From Podarcis gaigeae (Eukaryota), in assembly GCA_964106915.2 (NCBI GenBank), contig OZ066919.1: a stretch of 64,000 nucleotides of DNA. One strand, 5' to 3'. This document shows positions 26,215-37,770 of the stretch, piece by piece. Below the pieces are notes generated by a model. The model searched no databases and was not told the origin of the DNA. It was given only the letters and a program-made list of their open reading frames with translations. The first letter of the stretch is position 1; each line of letters begins with the position of its first letter. The position numbers and the translations under genes are program-made.

Positions 26215-26481
26215 AGGTTTTGGTGTCCTCGGGTGTCTTCCCGTGTAAAAGTTGGGGTGTCTAGGCGACGTTTCGACGAGGTCTCACTCGTCATCTTCAG
26301 GCTGGTGCTTTCGGCCTCTTGTTACTAGTAGTCTACTAGTAACAAGAGGCCGAAAGCACCAGCCTGAAGATGACGAGTGAGACCTCGTCGAAACGTCGCC
26401 TAGACACCCCAACTTTTACACGGGAAGACACCCGAGGACACCAAAACCTGCATTCCCGTACCCGTGAAAATCTACGAAAGC
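26215..26481 (+). mobile_element. Penelope-like element fragment with inverted 5' duplication (perfect palindrome 26215-26449) and hammerhead-like core
   Basis: 117-bp perfect arms around T26332; CTGAAGA-T-GACGAG-tgagac-CTCGTC-GAAACGTC at 26364-26397; unique 32-nt 3' tail; flanked on both sides by TAATTATATATAT. Confidence 0.78.

Positions 26482-26485
<4 letters not shown>

Positions 26486-26530
<45 letters not shown>
26486..26530. repeat. (TA)n microsatellite
   Basis: Perfect TA run of about 45 nt abutting the palindromic insert. Confidence 0.95.
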
Positions 26531-26532
<2 letters not shown>

Positions 26533-29500
26533 ACCATGACCAATTTTGAGGATAACTTCAGTTCAAAATGGAGACCTGGATAATGTAAAGAACTAAAATA
26601 AAATAAAATAAAATAAATCACCTTCTCTTAAAAACAAAGGAGAGAGGACTGAAAAACAAGATGGAAGCATGCATCATGTCACTAGCAAAAACCAGCCAAT
26701 TATTCCAGCAAATGGGAAAGGGCTGTGTGTGTGTTTTATTGCTCTGGCTTTACTTTGTATTCTATCAATTTGCTCCTGAGCTATGCATGAGCTGAAATGA
26801 GCACAATCCACTTCTCTTGGATCTGTCCTGAAATGAATGGGTATTAAGCTTTAAGTAAGCAAAAGAATGGCATCTCTAGCCACCTGCTCTAGCTTTTTTG
26901 TGTCCTACAAATCAGTGCTGAAATCAGCAATTGGATATTGGCTGGCTGCCCGCAGTACGTAAGATTCACCCTTCTGTAAGAATTTAGGAACTGCCAGAAA
27001 ATAAGAGTGAAAGGGGAAACTACATTTTTCCATTTAGTGCATCTGGCTGCAAATTAACATGATTTTGTTTCTAAAGGGGTGGGGGATGAAACAAATGACC
27101 ATACAGAGCAGTTGTCATGGTTTATGTGACATTATGGTCAAATAAAGATTGCTCTTTTCAGAAGGCTTCTTATGAGCTCTGTGACAAGGTTACCAAACTT
27201 TCTCTGCAATGTATAACTACAGGTGGGGATTATTGGATATAGTCTAGAATTTACTCTTAGTTTGCATAGGTTGACTGGCCAAACAGGCTTCTCTGGCATC
27301 CATTGTGGGCCCTAGAATGTGTTCCAGAATCTTCTGCAACACTCACGTGTTCTGCATCAAACAAATCAATACAGAAAAGGTTTTCTGAGGTAGGAACTTT
27401 GAACTCCATTGGAATATTAAAAGGCATCACCAATTGTATATTTTGAAATTAAGATGTATGGATATAACAAAACCACATATTTAAATTTAGTTATCCTACT
27501 GTGTATCCTCACAGTAAAGATGGCCGCTTACTGTGTCAATAGAACTGATGTTTCCATTATATGTAGAACAGCAGTAGAACTGAGGTTTCCATTATATGTA
27601 GTTTGGCATCTCAAACTAAACCTTTCTTCCTATTATTTAAATTGGGCTTACTCATGTCTCTGAAATTGTACAGCAAAGACATCAATGAAACACTGTGGAG
27701 GCCTGTTTTTCCCCCTTTAATGTTTGAGATGGCCTTGACCATCCATTCCAAACAGAAACAAGTTTCTCTCAGTTAAATGAGACTTATTTTCTAGTTAGTA
27801 TGTTTCTTCTTTACTGCCTTAGTCAGGAAGGGTCTACAGCTGCTAGCAGTACACAAAAACAAAACTCATTTAAATGTGACTGGGAAAATAAATCTCTGTC
27901 ATGATGTATGGTTGCCATCGAGCGCTTTAGCCTTCCTTGCTTTTCTTTTTGCTTTTAAGTGCAACTGACTAATTACATTATTACTAAACAAATCAAATGA
28001 ATGTTGAGGTGTCCCTTTCCTATGCCATTTATTGCAAATATCCCAGAGTATTCTCTGCCAGTGAAATTCTACCTCATTCCCTTTGACTTCCAGTGGTGGG
28101 CAAGAGCTCCCTCATGGTTTGTAGCTCAGTGATAGGCTTGGCCATGGTTTTCTCCAGAGCACAGGCCTTGGCTCACTTTGCCTCCTCAGTGCCCCTCAAA
28201 ACACTTGGGGACTTCGACAAAAATATTGCTTAAATATATTTATATTATATAATTGTACGTATGTAACAGTATTTACAAGAGAATAGGTCTAAAAGAGGAA
28301 GTGAGTTACAAATGGCCACTCTCACTTTTCCAACTTGTCATCCACACCGTGCCGTGCAGGAGTACCGCAATACGGCTGTGCCATTGTTAAAAACGGTCAC
28401 ATCCCAAAGACTGGCTTTAATTCTGTTATACAGCCAAGTCAGTGGCAACCGAGTCCTTTTTCCTTGACCAAAAGGCAGCAGCTAGTTGCAGAGTATGATT
28501 CACAAATTATGCTAAGGTATATCTTTCTTTCTTTTTTAAGAAAAACAAAACAGCAGTTCTATCAAGTTTGTAAATTTCTTTAGGACATGCAAATTTGTAT
28601 CAACAGACTCATACATACAACGACAAAATACCCATCCAAATCAAACAGTTCTAAAACATGTGTTTTTAAGGTAACAACATTGTTTGTTTTGTCCCTGAGT
28701 CCATGCTGTAAATTTTCCTTATACAAATAAAAAAGAAGTTAGAACTCAACTGATCCCAGGACTAGCCAAGCCAACACAGTGCTTTCCAGATGTTTTGGCC
28801 CACAACTCCCATGAACTGGAGTCAGTATGGCCAATGGACAGGAATCATGGGAGTTGCAATCCTGCAACATCTGGAGAGCACTACATTGGCTGCCCCTGGC
28901 CTATCCCATAAACAATGCCATTGCAACACTCTCCCAGCCATTCATTCAGGAGCATTACAGCTAGTCACAACTTTTAAATGGTTGAAGTTTTAAAAAAATG
29001 CTTGCATCCTCTCATTGTTGTAACATATTTACAAATGTGAATGCATACCCACATACACAAACACTCACAGAAGTTATTATTTTAAGCACCTTTCCTTCGG
29101 CTTAACACAGGAGAGCACTATGTAGTTGGTATTTTTGAACACCGTTCTTGGGACTGATCACTGACTTGCCAGGTTGAGAATGTTAAGATGGCTTTCCTGA
29201 ACTGCTAGTGACAGCAAAAACAATGCAGACATTATACAGGTGTTTTAAATTACAGTGTTTATAGGATGTAGACAAAGAGCAGGTTAACATTTTATCATTA
29301 GACTTTGGAATTCGCTCTGCAGTAAGGAGGTTTTTGTGTTTACCATAAGAACACTAGATTCTGTTTTATTCTCAGAACATGGCTATGAGGCTCCCATTTC
29401 ACAGATGGGAACTAGATCCAGGTGATCTGAGAGAGAGAAAATAGCTTGAATTTCTGTTTTCAGCTATCGCACACTCAACCATTGCACCTTTTTTCCTTCC

Positions 29501-29742
29501 CAAAATTTGTACTGTTCTACGAGCTTAAGAAATTGGTTACATTTCTGCACCTTTGAGAGATTACCCCCTTAGCTTTGAAGTGATGTTGGATCATGGCCAG
29601 CATGCGAAGGAGAAAACATGGTTGAATGGTTTTTGTTATGAAACTGATCAAGTTTTGAAAGGGTGACAGGTGATGTCATCCAGCTCTTTATTCACCCTTC
29701 AGCAAAGCTATTTATTTTTCTAGGTAGCATTGTTGCCTCACA

Positions 29743-29774
<32 letters not shown>

Positions 29775-32700
29775 GCTTCTCCTGCATTGTAAGAACTGTC
29801 TTGCTGGATCAAACCAAGAGTCCTTCTAACCCACCGATCTGTCTCTGATGTTAGCCAGGAAAATCCCTCAGGGAAGCTCACTGGCAGGACATGATGCAAT
29901 AGCCCCGTTTGCCTTTAGCATGATGAAACTCTAGTGCTCCACTTGTCAGCATATTAAAAACATTAAAAACCTGTTCCAGCATTTTTTTAAACTAAGCCTG
30001 GGGCATGGATGGTGTCACGAATCTGGTCAACATAAACTACACAGGGCATATTTTGAGCTCAGGCTGAGCTCGCAATAGTCTTCAGAGTGGAAGCAATAAT
30101 ATTATGGGATAAGGACTTGTTAGGGCTGTGACTGCCATTAGGCAGAGTGAGGCGGCTGCTTCAAGCAGCTGATTTGGAGTATCATTAAAGGGCAACAACT
30201 TGTGAGCTGTTAAAGTATTTATCATCATCATCATCATCATTATCATCATTTTACACTCATTGTGAAAGGAATGCCACTACCCTAGGAGCCTTTTCGAAGG
30301 CCAAGTGCTCAAGAATAATTGAAAAATGGTGGGAAGACCTGCAAAATTGTGCCAGTACAATACTTCTTTTTCCTGTTAACCACTGCATTTCTTTGTGTGC
30401 ACTGCTAAGGCACCAAACCAGCAGAAACAATCGAAAGGTGCAAGTGCTCACATAATAAAGTCACCCAGTTATACGGTATCACCAGAGGACGGATTCACAC
30501 AACCTACTGTAGCATGTTTAAGGTTGTATTCAAAGATACGATGCTAATTTTAATGGGGTGCGAAGTAAGAAGCCAGGCCCCTTTGCTCAGAGTGAAACAC
30601 TGCCATAATTTTTGACCCCCATAGGAGGGCAACATCTCTAGAAGGAATCTAACACTGGGACTGCCCCCCTTCCCCGAGAACACCTGCAAGAATATCCCTT
30701 TGAAGTCAATATAATTTTTTCTAAGTGTGTTGGTTTTAGGCAGGGATGAGGAAACTGGCCCTCCAGATGTTGTAAGACTCAAAGTTCCATCAACTCTAGC
30801 CAACATAGCCAGTGTTCAGGGATTATGAGAGCCACAGTTCAACACTGGTTCCACATCTCTGTGTTAAGGTGTCAGAACCTCTTGGACATGTTGCAGAGAT
30901 GGGGACAGAAAGTGGCATTGGAGGCAAAGGTAAATAAGTGACCTAATCCAGTTTTTACTTAGAAAAATGGACTTTCTAATGTTCCTTTAGAGAGATGAAA
31001 CAGTTTGAATTCTTAAGGACATGGGGAAAGAAGGAAGGAGAGGCTCCAAACTCATCTACTCTTTGAAGCCACTGTTTGGAATACAGGTGTTTTCAGAAGT
31101 CTCTCTTCCTTTGCAAAAGTTCAATTACCATGTAAATCATGATTCACTGACAATGAAGCATAGATGGTGGGAATGATTTCACCTACAGCTTGTGAGACTA
31201 GTAAGAGGTGATGTCCACATTTTAAACGGATCGGGTCTTCCAGCCCTTTCAGAGCTTTGAGGTGTAGTTTCCCCATCACAACCAGACATCATGGTGTGTC
31301 ACAGGGCTGTAGAGCTGCAGACTTAAAGGGACAAAGGCCCTATTCTGGTGAGATGCCCCCTCCCAAAATTGATTTCTGCAGCAATGAAAATAAAGAGTAC
31401 CCAGTGAATCAAAACTAAAATCGCTAACATCAATCTCTTTCTCATAAATGACATTTAAAAAGCAGAGATATTCAATATTTTTGATTTTTTAGGGTGGGGA
31501 GGGGGATGTCAAAAGTCTTATTTCCAAAATTTGAATATTAAGCTATATAGACTCATCAACATATGAAATCCACCCCAAAATTAACTCCTAATGTTCCATA
31601 TTAAATTATCACATTCAAGATGCAGCTTTCAATATCTTTGAATTGTCAGATTCAAAGTGGATCTGGGCATTTGTGTGATAATTCCCACATGCAAAACTCA
31701 TTGAATTTGCACTCCCTGCCCCCCCCAATGTGTTTCAGCTCTTCAAATAAACCACCTTGATTTGTTCAAGAGCTGCTATAGTGGTAAAAGGCATTTAATG
31801 TGACATGACAGAGGCAAAAAGATGTAAACACTTCACAAGATTAGAGAAAGTGTTAATCTCCCTATTTTAATCAGACACAAATGAAACCAACATAATCTGT
31901 GGCCACCACCATACAGGTACATAGGACTCACGCTCAGGCCTGCCAGCTCTATCGCCTTCCTGGTAAGTTAAAGAAGAAGTGGAAGAATCAGTCATAAATT
32001 GAATTGCTCTGCTTTCCGTTCCAGGTCAAGTGCATTTGCCCCAGAACTAAAATTAAATCAATTAGCTTTGACATTCTCTATCTGATAGGTCGGCCCCATG
32101 GCTTTCTACAGAAGTGTTAGCACTCACACATAAAACGAAATTTGGGCAACTGTCTAGTGTTATCTTCAGAAATGAAGAACCAGGATTTTGGCATGTCTTT
32201 CTCAACTGCTACTCCTGGAGGTAACATGCAGCTGGTGACAAGGGATGCCAGCAACCAAGTTTTGAGGTTCTGACCTTGTTAAGGTGCTTGCCAAGTCCTC
32301 TGTACCAATAACTGGCTGAAACTGATGCCTCTTCAGCAGCAGTTAAAAGGCACAAAGGCTGATCCTATATGGGGGTTTTGCCACCAATTTCATAAGGACA
32401 AGGTGATGAACACCAGCTATTCAAGAGTCATGAAGACAGCAAATAGGCAAATACAGGTGGGAATGGCAGAAGAACAGGAAGAAGTCAACATTTTAGGTTG
32501 AGATCTGGTCTTTATTTACCTTCTTCGCCAGCAGGTCAAATGTATAGTAAATGTAAGTTTCCAACATCTGTTTGGATGAGTAGTTTAAATTTTGGAGAAA
32601 CATTTAGGGTGACCTTTTTTTGCTCAGCAGTGGAACAGGCAGACATTCAATAGGGGCAACTTTCCCAACATTGACATGGCTGACAAAGCTGGATTTCTGC

Positions 32701-33596
32701 TATGCTGTTCTGCCAAGGTATAGTGCCAGTATTGGGTAGGTGGAAGACAATTTTAGTCTGATTTGACCTCAGATGGAAATCTTCCATTCAGTTGTGTCAT
32801 GTGAATATAAAGCTATTGCCTTTAGAAACACAGCCCCAGGACCCCCAGGACCACACAGCTGATTCCCTTAGCCAAGAGGCTTTAGGCTTATATTTCTTCA
32901 ATAGCAGCCCCCTTCTCCAAATTTCACATGGTAAACCACTTTTGAAACACATGCAGAATGTGATATTATACAGTATAAGGGTTGGGTGGTTCTAAAACCT
33001 AGGGTTGCTCAACAACTTTATGGCAACCCTATAAAACCACAGCACTGAAATGCTACCTTTTTCTCCTTTCAGCTGAGTTTCAGTACATAATTTGCTTTCT
33101 TATTCTAAACATGTATCAAGCTTATTTTTTAAAATGTATATATAGACAGTACCAAATGATCATCATGAGGTTTTATATAGGAAATTCCTAAGGTCAGTGC
33201 AGATTAAATATGACAAAAAAATTGCAGATCTCAACCAGACTGAGCAAGTGTTTAAGAATCAATGGTCATTGTGACCATAATCAGGATGTGAACACTGTGA
33301 TTAACTTGATAGAAGGGGTGGGTGGGGAAATGAATAAGAATACAGTACAAATGTTTTTAAAATTACAGTTTTGTTGCAGGCATTTCATATGGGATTGTTT
33401 TTAACAGGACAATGCTTGTCTAAAATAATTAGAGTGAAACCCAGTTATTCCTGAAATGGTCTTGATCAGAGGAGACCTCCTCCATGCATCTGACTACCGA
33501 ATCAAAGCTATTTGTTCTCATAATCTATGTTTATTGGGTGCTCTAGATTGTAAAAGACTTTCTTCAAAGTGTGGGTACTCATGCTGTTCTCTAGAG

Positions 33597-33732
33597 CAGT
33601 GTTTCCCAACCTTGTGCCTCCAGATGTTTTTGGCCTACAACTCCCATCATCCCTAGCTAGCAAGACCAGTGGTCAGGGATGATGGGAGTTGTAGGCCAAA
33701 AACATCTGGAGGCACAAGGTTGGGAAACACTG
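33597..33732. mobile_element. Young hAT (Charlie-type) hairpin MITE, 136 bp
   Basis: Perfect 58-bp inverted arms with a 20-nt loop; 8-bp TSD CTCTAGAG on both sides. Degenerate relatives (ctacaactcccatcat motif) at about 6.1, 21.9, 22.1, 25.6, 26.0, 28.8, 30.7, 41.4 and 42.7 kb. Confidence 0.92.
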
Positions 33733-35809
33733 CTCTAGAGGGTATTCATTCTACTCTCCAGGGTCCAGACCTACATGTCTTTGGCTTACACCTGGTCAAC
33801 AACTTCAGATACCTTCTTCACTGACACGCAGCCTGAACCTATGTATCCACTGAATTCAGCGGTGCTTACTCTCGAGAAAGTGTGCATAGGACACTTTATT
33901 TTACCTTCTATCTTTGACCTACTTACTTCATCCCTCCAGCCTCATTCAATCTCTTATCTAACATCCTTCATTACTTCCTCCAACATACTTTATTACCTCT
34001 AAAATTATGTGTAAGCCCCTTTCTTTGCTGAGGTCCTTGGAATTAACATCAACACCAGAATAAGATAACATGAATGAATATGAAGTGCTCTGCTGTTGGC
34101 AAGGATCGAAAAATGATGTTTCCCCACTAAACATAATATTAAGGCATGATCCTGCCATCCCACTGAAATCAATGGAAGAAATGCGACTATTTACATATCT
34201 GTTTCCCATTGAAAGCAATTGTCACGGACTTATCTGGTTGGTGCCCTTAGAACTCAACCTGATAAAAGTCCTCAGAACAAGAGTCTCTGTCAAACATCTG
34301 TTTTTATTTTATTCAGATTACTTTTAATAATTTCCTTCATTAGGACAAGGAAATATTTTCATTAGAGGAAGTTTGCCATGATCAGCCTCAGGATAAAATG
34401 CATGGGGTAAAGATGCAAATTTGGGATTTTAAAATGTGTTGGTTTTTTTCCTTTTTAGAGGTTATTTTACACTTATACACATACGGATGTCCTTCTAAAA
34501 CGTACCACATCCAACTGTGATCTGTACACATGGGTTTAAACACTTGCTCATGAAGTTATGGGGCCATGAATGATATTGCAAGAAAAACTAGGATAGCTTT
34601 TATGCAAGTAATCAGAGGGAGGAAGAGCCCACTGCATTTCAAAAAGGCCATGTGTGATTAAAAACAACGTTAATACAAGCTTGACCTTTCAATATCTGTG
34701 AACCTCTGCAGCACCCACAAACCACTGCTGGCAGTTACAGCTGCTCAAAATGAACTTTCAAAGGGTCCATTTCACATCACATGACACTACTGAACTGAAG
34801 ATTCAGACACAATCCATCTTCTATTTGAAGTCAATGGCAAAACTCCCATAGATTTTCATGGGTCTTACAGCCCCAGTAAAATTAAGGATATGCCAGAATG
34901 CCTCATGACTAGCCACTACATCAGCCCAGTGAAAGGAACAAATATGCAATTTGTGTATTTTTAAAGGAAAGACATCTGTCATAAGATATAGTTTTAAGTA
35001 GTTCCATTGGGACTTGTTTGGTTTATTTGTTATTTTTGTGTTCCAGTTTGCACATGAACCTGGTATCTCAATTTGTGACACCACACTGTAGAGAGTGTGA
35101 TGTCATAAAGAAAGGCACTGATGTCATAGGCTCCCTAGTGCAACAACAAGGGACCAAAGGAAATGACAAGGCCATTTGGCCCTACTATGTATGTAACTCA
35201 CTGGAAAGAAATTGAAATGTGATATATTCACTGGAAGCACCAATTAGTCTAACACTGGTCATTTCTACAATAACCAGTGTGTGATTTCATGCCGCTTGGT
35301 GATCAAGAATATAACCAGAGATAAATGGCCTTTCTTGGTAACTAAGAGGCATGCCTATTTCTCCAACACTTCTTTAAAAACAACAACAACCCACATTGGA
35401 GTTTCAAAATAGACCTGCAGCCTAATTACTGGGACATTTTACTGGGTCATGTTGGGTTTCTCTCACCTTCAGATCCAAATCAAAATCCACGCTCGTGGAT
35501 GGAGGGATGGGAATGGGGAAGATTAAACCCAAAAAGAAAATGAAGCTGTAGATCAGAAAATGTATTTCTTGCTGAAAAAGGGGTGTGGGGTGGAGATATA
35601 AAGCCCATGAAAAGCCCACAAAAGAACAACTATTGAACGTTGCCAGTTCAGGAAGAATGTAGGAGGTTTTCTCAAAGGGGTGAGGGGAGTGGGTTTATTT
35701 CAGAAAATGGACGAAGATGACCCTCTTGGCTGAAGAAAGCATTGTGAGGAACTGGTGAAGCTGAAAGTTAAAAGGATAATGCCCCACAGTGTAGACTTCC
35801 TGAAGTAGC

Positions 35810-36059
35810 TTAGTAGTTGTATTGGCGCTGGCATGGCTGGTAGACAAAGCTGCCTTGGTGTTTGGCCCGTCGCGGGCGGCACTCTCTGGTGCGGTTCTGC
35901 CGCTGCATGACTTTCTGACTGAACTTGTGCTTCTCCGACAGCTGCTTTGCCCTCTGAATCCGACGCACTTGGTTGACCTTCTCCAAGATGGCGGCCTTGG
36001 TGGCAAGAGAGGTGGAGTGGTGAGGGGCATGACGCTGCAAACGGCGTTCAGGTACCTCA
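35810..36059 (-). CDS. TP53INP2: TP53INP2 last coding exon with stop codon
   Basis: Acceptor ttttgtttctgcag|; reads EVPERRLQRH...QRQNRTRECRPRRAKHQGSFVYQPCQRQYNY*. Spliced CDS is 124+346+250=720 nt (239 aa). Tail-to-tail position next to NCOA6 supports INP2 over INP1. Confidence 0.94.
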
Positions 36060-36796
36060 CTGCAGAAACAAAAGTACACAAGACTCAGGGTGGTTCAAGG
36101 CTCTTGGCAGGATTAGGCCTACTTGAGAGGACATAAAAGAGACTTCCCCTAAAGTTGCAAAAGGCCTTCTTCATCAAAGCTACCGAAAGCAGTCCACTCA
36201 TAAGTGTGGCGGGGAAGCAGAAATAGTTTTGCCCTCCCAATGCGCCTACCACAAAACATGGAACCAGTTGTATGCAGAGACAACTCATGCGATCTCCCTC
36301 CTCTCTGCAGGGATAGGGATGGAATGAACTGTCTGTGCATTTGAATATGTTACACATTACACTGTATACATGGTGGGAACATTTGAGCTTCACTGCCATC
36401 CTCCAGGTCTCAGGACTATTTCTACACCTTAGTCGCTTAAATAATAAAAAAAGTGTGTGTAGGAAATCAGCTATATTTGAATGCATTTGCATTTACAACA
36501 TCAAAACAGTCAGATGCAAGAATAACACACCCAATTCTTTTAAAATGAAGTTATCATGTTCAATGATGGAGGAAGTAGAAAAGGCACAAGTACAGAACTC
36601 ATCAACATTCTGCTTCAGTGGATGTTCCTGAGTTATTCTTATTTATTAAATTTGTATACCACCCTTCATACCAGGGCAGTTTACACTAGAAAAATGCAGA
36701 ATAAGAACACAAAATACATAATAAAACAAAAAACCAATAACCCCCTCTCTCACATAGTATTATGAGCAGGGGGGGACACTATTTTTTTCCACACAA

Positions 36797-37177
36797 GTAA
36801 AAAAAGGTAAAGGTAAAGGACCCCTGGATGGTTAAGTCCAGTCAAAGGTGACCATGGGGTGCAGCACTCATCTTGCTTTCAGGCCGAGGGAGCCGGCATT
36901 TGTCCACAGACAACTTTCCGGGTCATGTGGCCAGGATGACTAAACTGCTTCTGGCACAACGGGACACTGTGACAGAAGCCAGTGCGCACAGAAACGCCGT
37001 TTACCTTCCCGCCACAGCAGTACCTATTTATCTACTTGCACTGGTATGCTTTTGAACTGCTTGGCTGGCAGAAGCTCCGACAGAGCAACAGGAGCTCACC
37101 CCGTCACGCGGATTCGAACCAGCAACCTTCTGATCAGCAAGCCCAAAAAGGCTCAATGGTTTAGACCACAGCACCAC
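36797..37177 (-). mobile_element. Sauria SINE, near full length, in the last TP53INP2 intron
   Basis: (ACCTTT)n tail (aaaggtaaaggtaaagg on +), tRNA head with B box ggttcgaatcc, body tttaccttcccgcc...tacctattta; possible TSD CCACACAA. Confidence 0.9.
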
Positions 37178-37424
37178 CCACACAATACTTAATTTCATGG
37201 ACATCTGTATTTCTAAACATTGTGGCAATTGTCACTTTGGACACTATTTGTATATGCTCTTCAACAGTTAATGAATTAATTTTAGAATGATCCCAGATCG
37301 TTAGTCAAGACTCATTTGCCTAAATTATTTTTTATTATTATTATGGTAATGAAATCTGATAGTGGGTGAGGTTGTTCTTAGTAGCCAATGTCTTGGCCCA
37401 TTTCCCTGAAAGATCTAAGCTTAC

Positions 37425-37770
37425 CCTTCAGGGATGTGCTCCTCAGGATTCTCCCTTTCCACAATGATGCTGCTGCTGGTGACATAGACGGACATACTGG
37501 GATGTTCAATCAAAAGGTCCTCCATGGGGTTGCTCTCCATGCTGACGGGGTCAGGACCTTCTGCAGTAAAACAGGGGGGAGGGGTAACAAACCAACTCTC
37601 GTCCATCAAGCAGGGGTCAGGCTGAGAGGGCATGGACCTGCTGACACAGTCACTGAGGGAGTGGGGCGAAGACGTGGTAGGTGGAGGGGACCCACGGCGG
37701 CAACGAGAAGCACAAACAGAATCCTTCTCACCTACCCGCCGCTCCTTACTGGAGGCCGAAGCGTAACTAT
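37425..37770 (-). CDS. TP53INP2: TP53INP2 second coding exon
   Basis: Reads (D)SYASAS...CLMDESWFVTPPPCFTAEG...SNPMEDLLIEHPSMSVYVT, the DOR/TP53INP family signature; acceptor tctcattag|, donor GG|GTAAGC. Confidence 0.95.

Noticed and set aside
32999-33031. TAGGGTTGC...GCAACCCTA short inverted repeat
   Set aside because: Probably a collapsed DNA-transposon remnant; too short to support a call.
35695-36136. Alternative-frame and antisense ORFs over the last TP53INP2 exon
   Set aside because: GC-rich coding shadow; only the frame ending QRQYNY* matches the family and splice phase.
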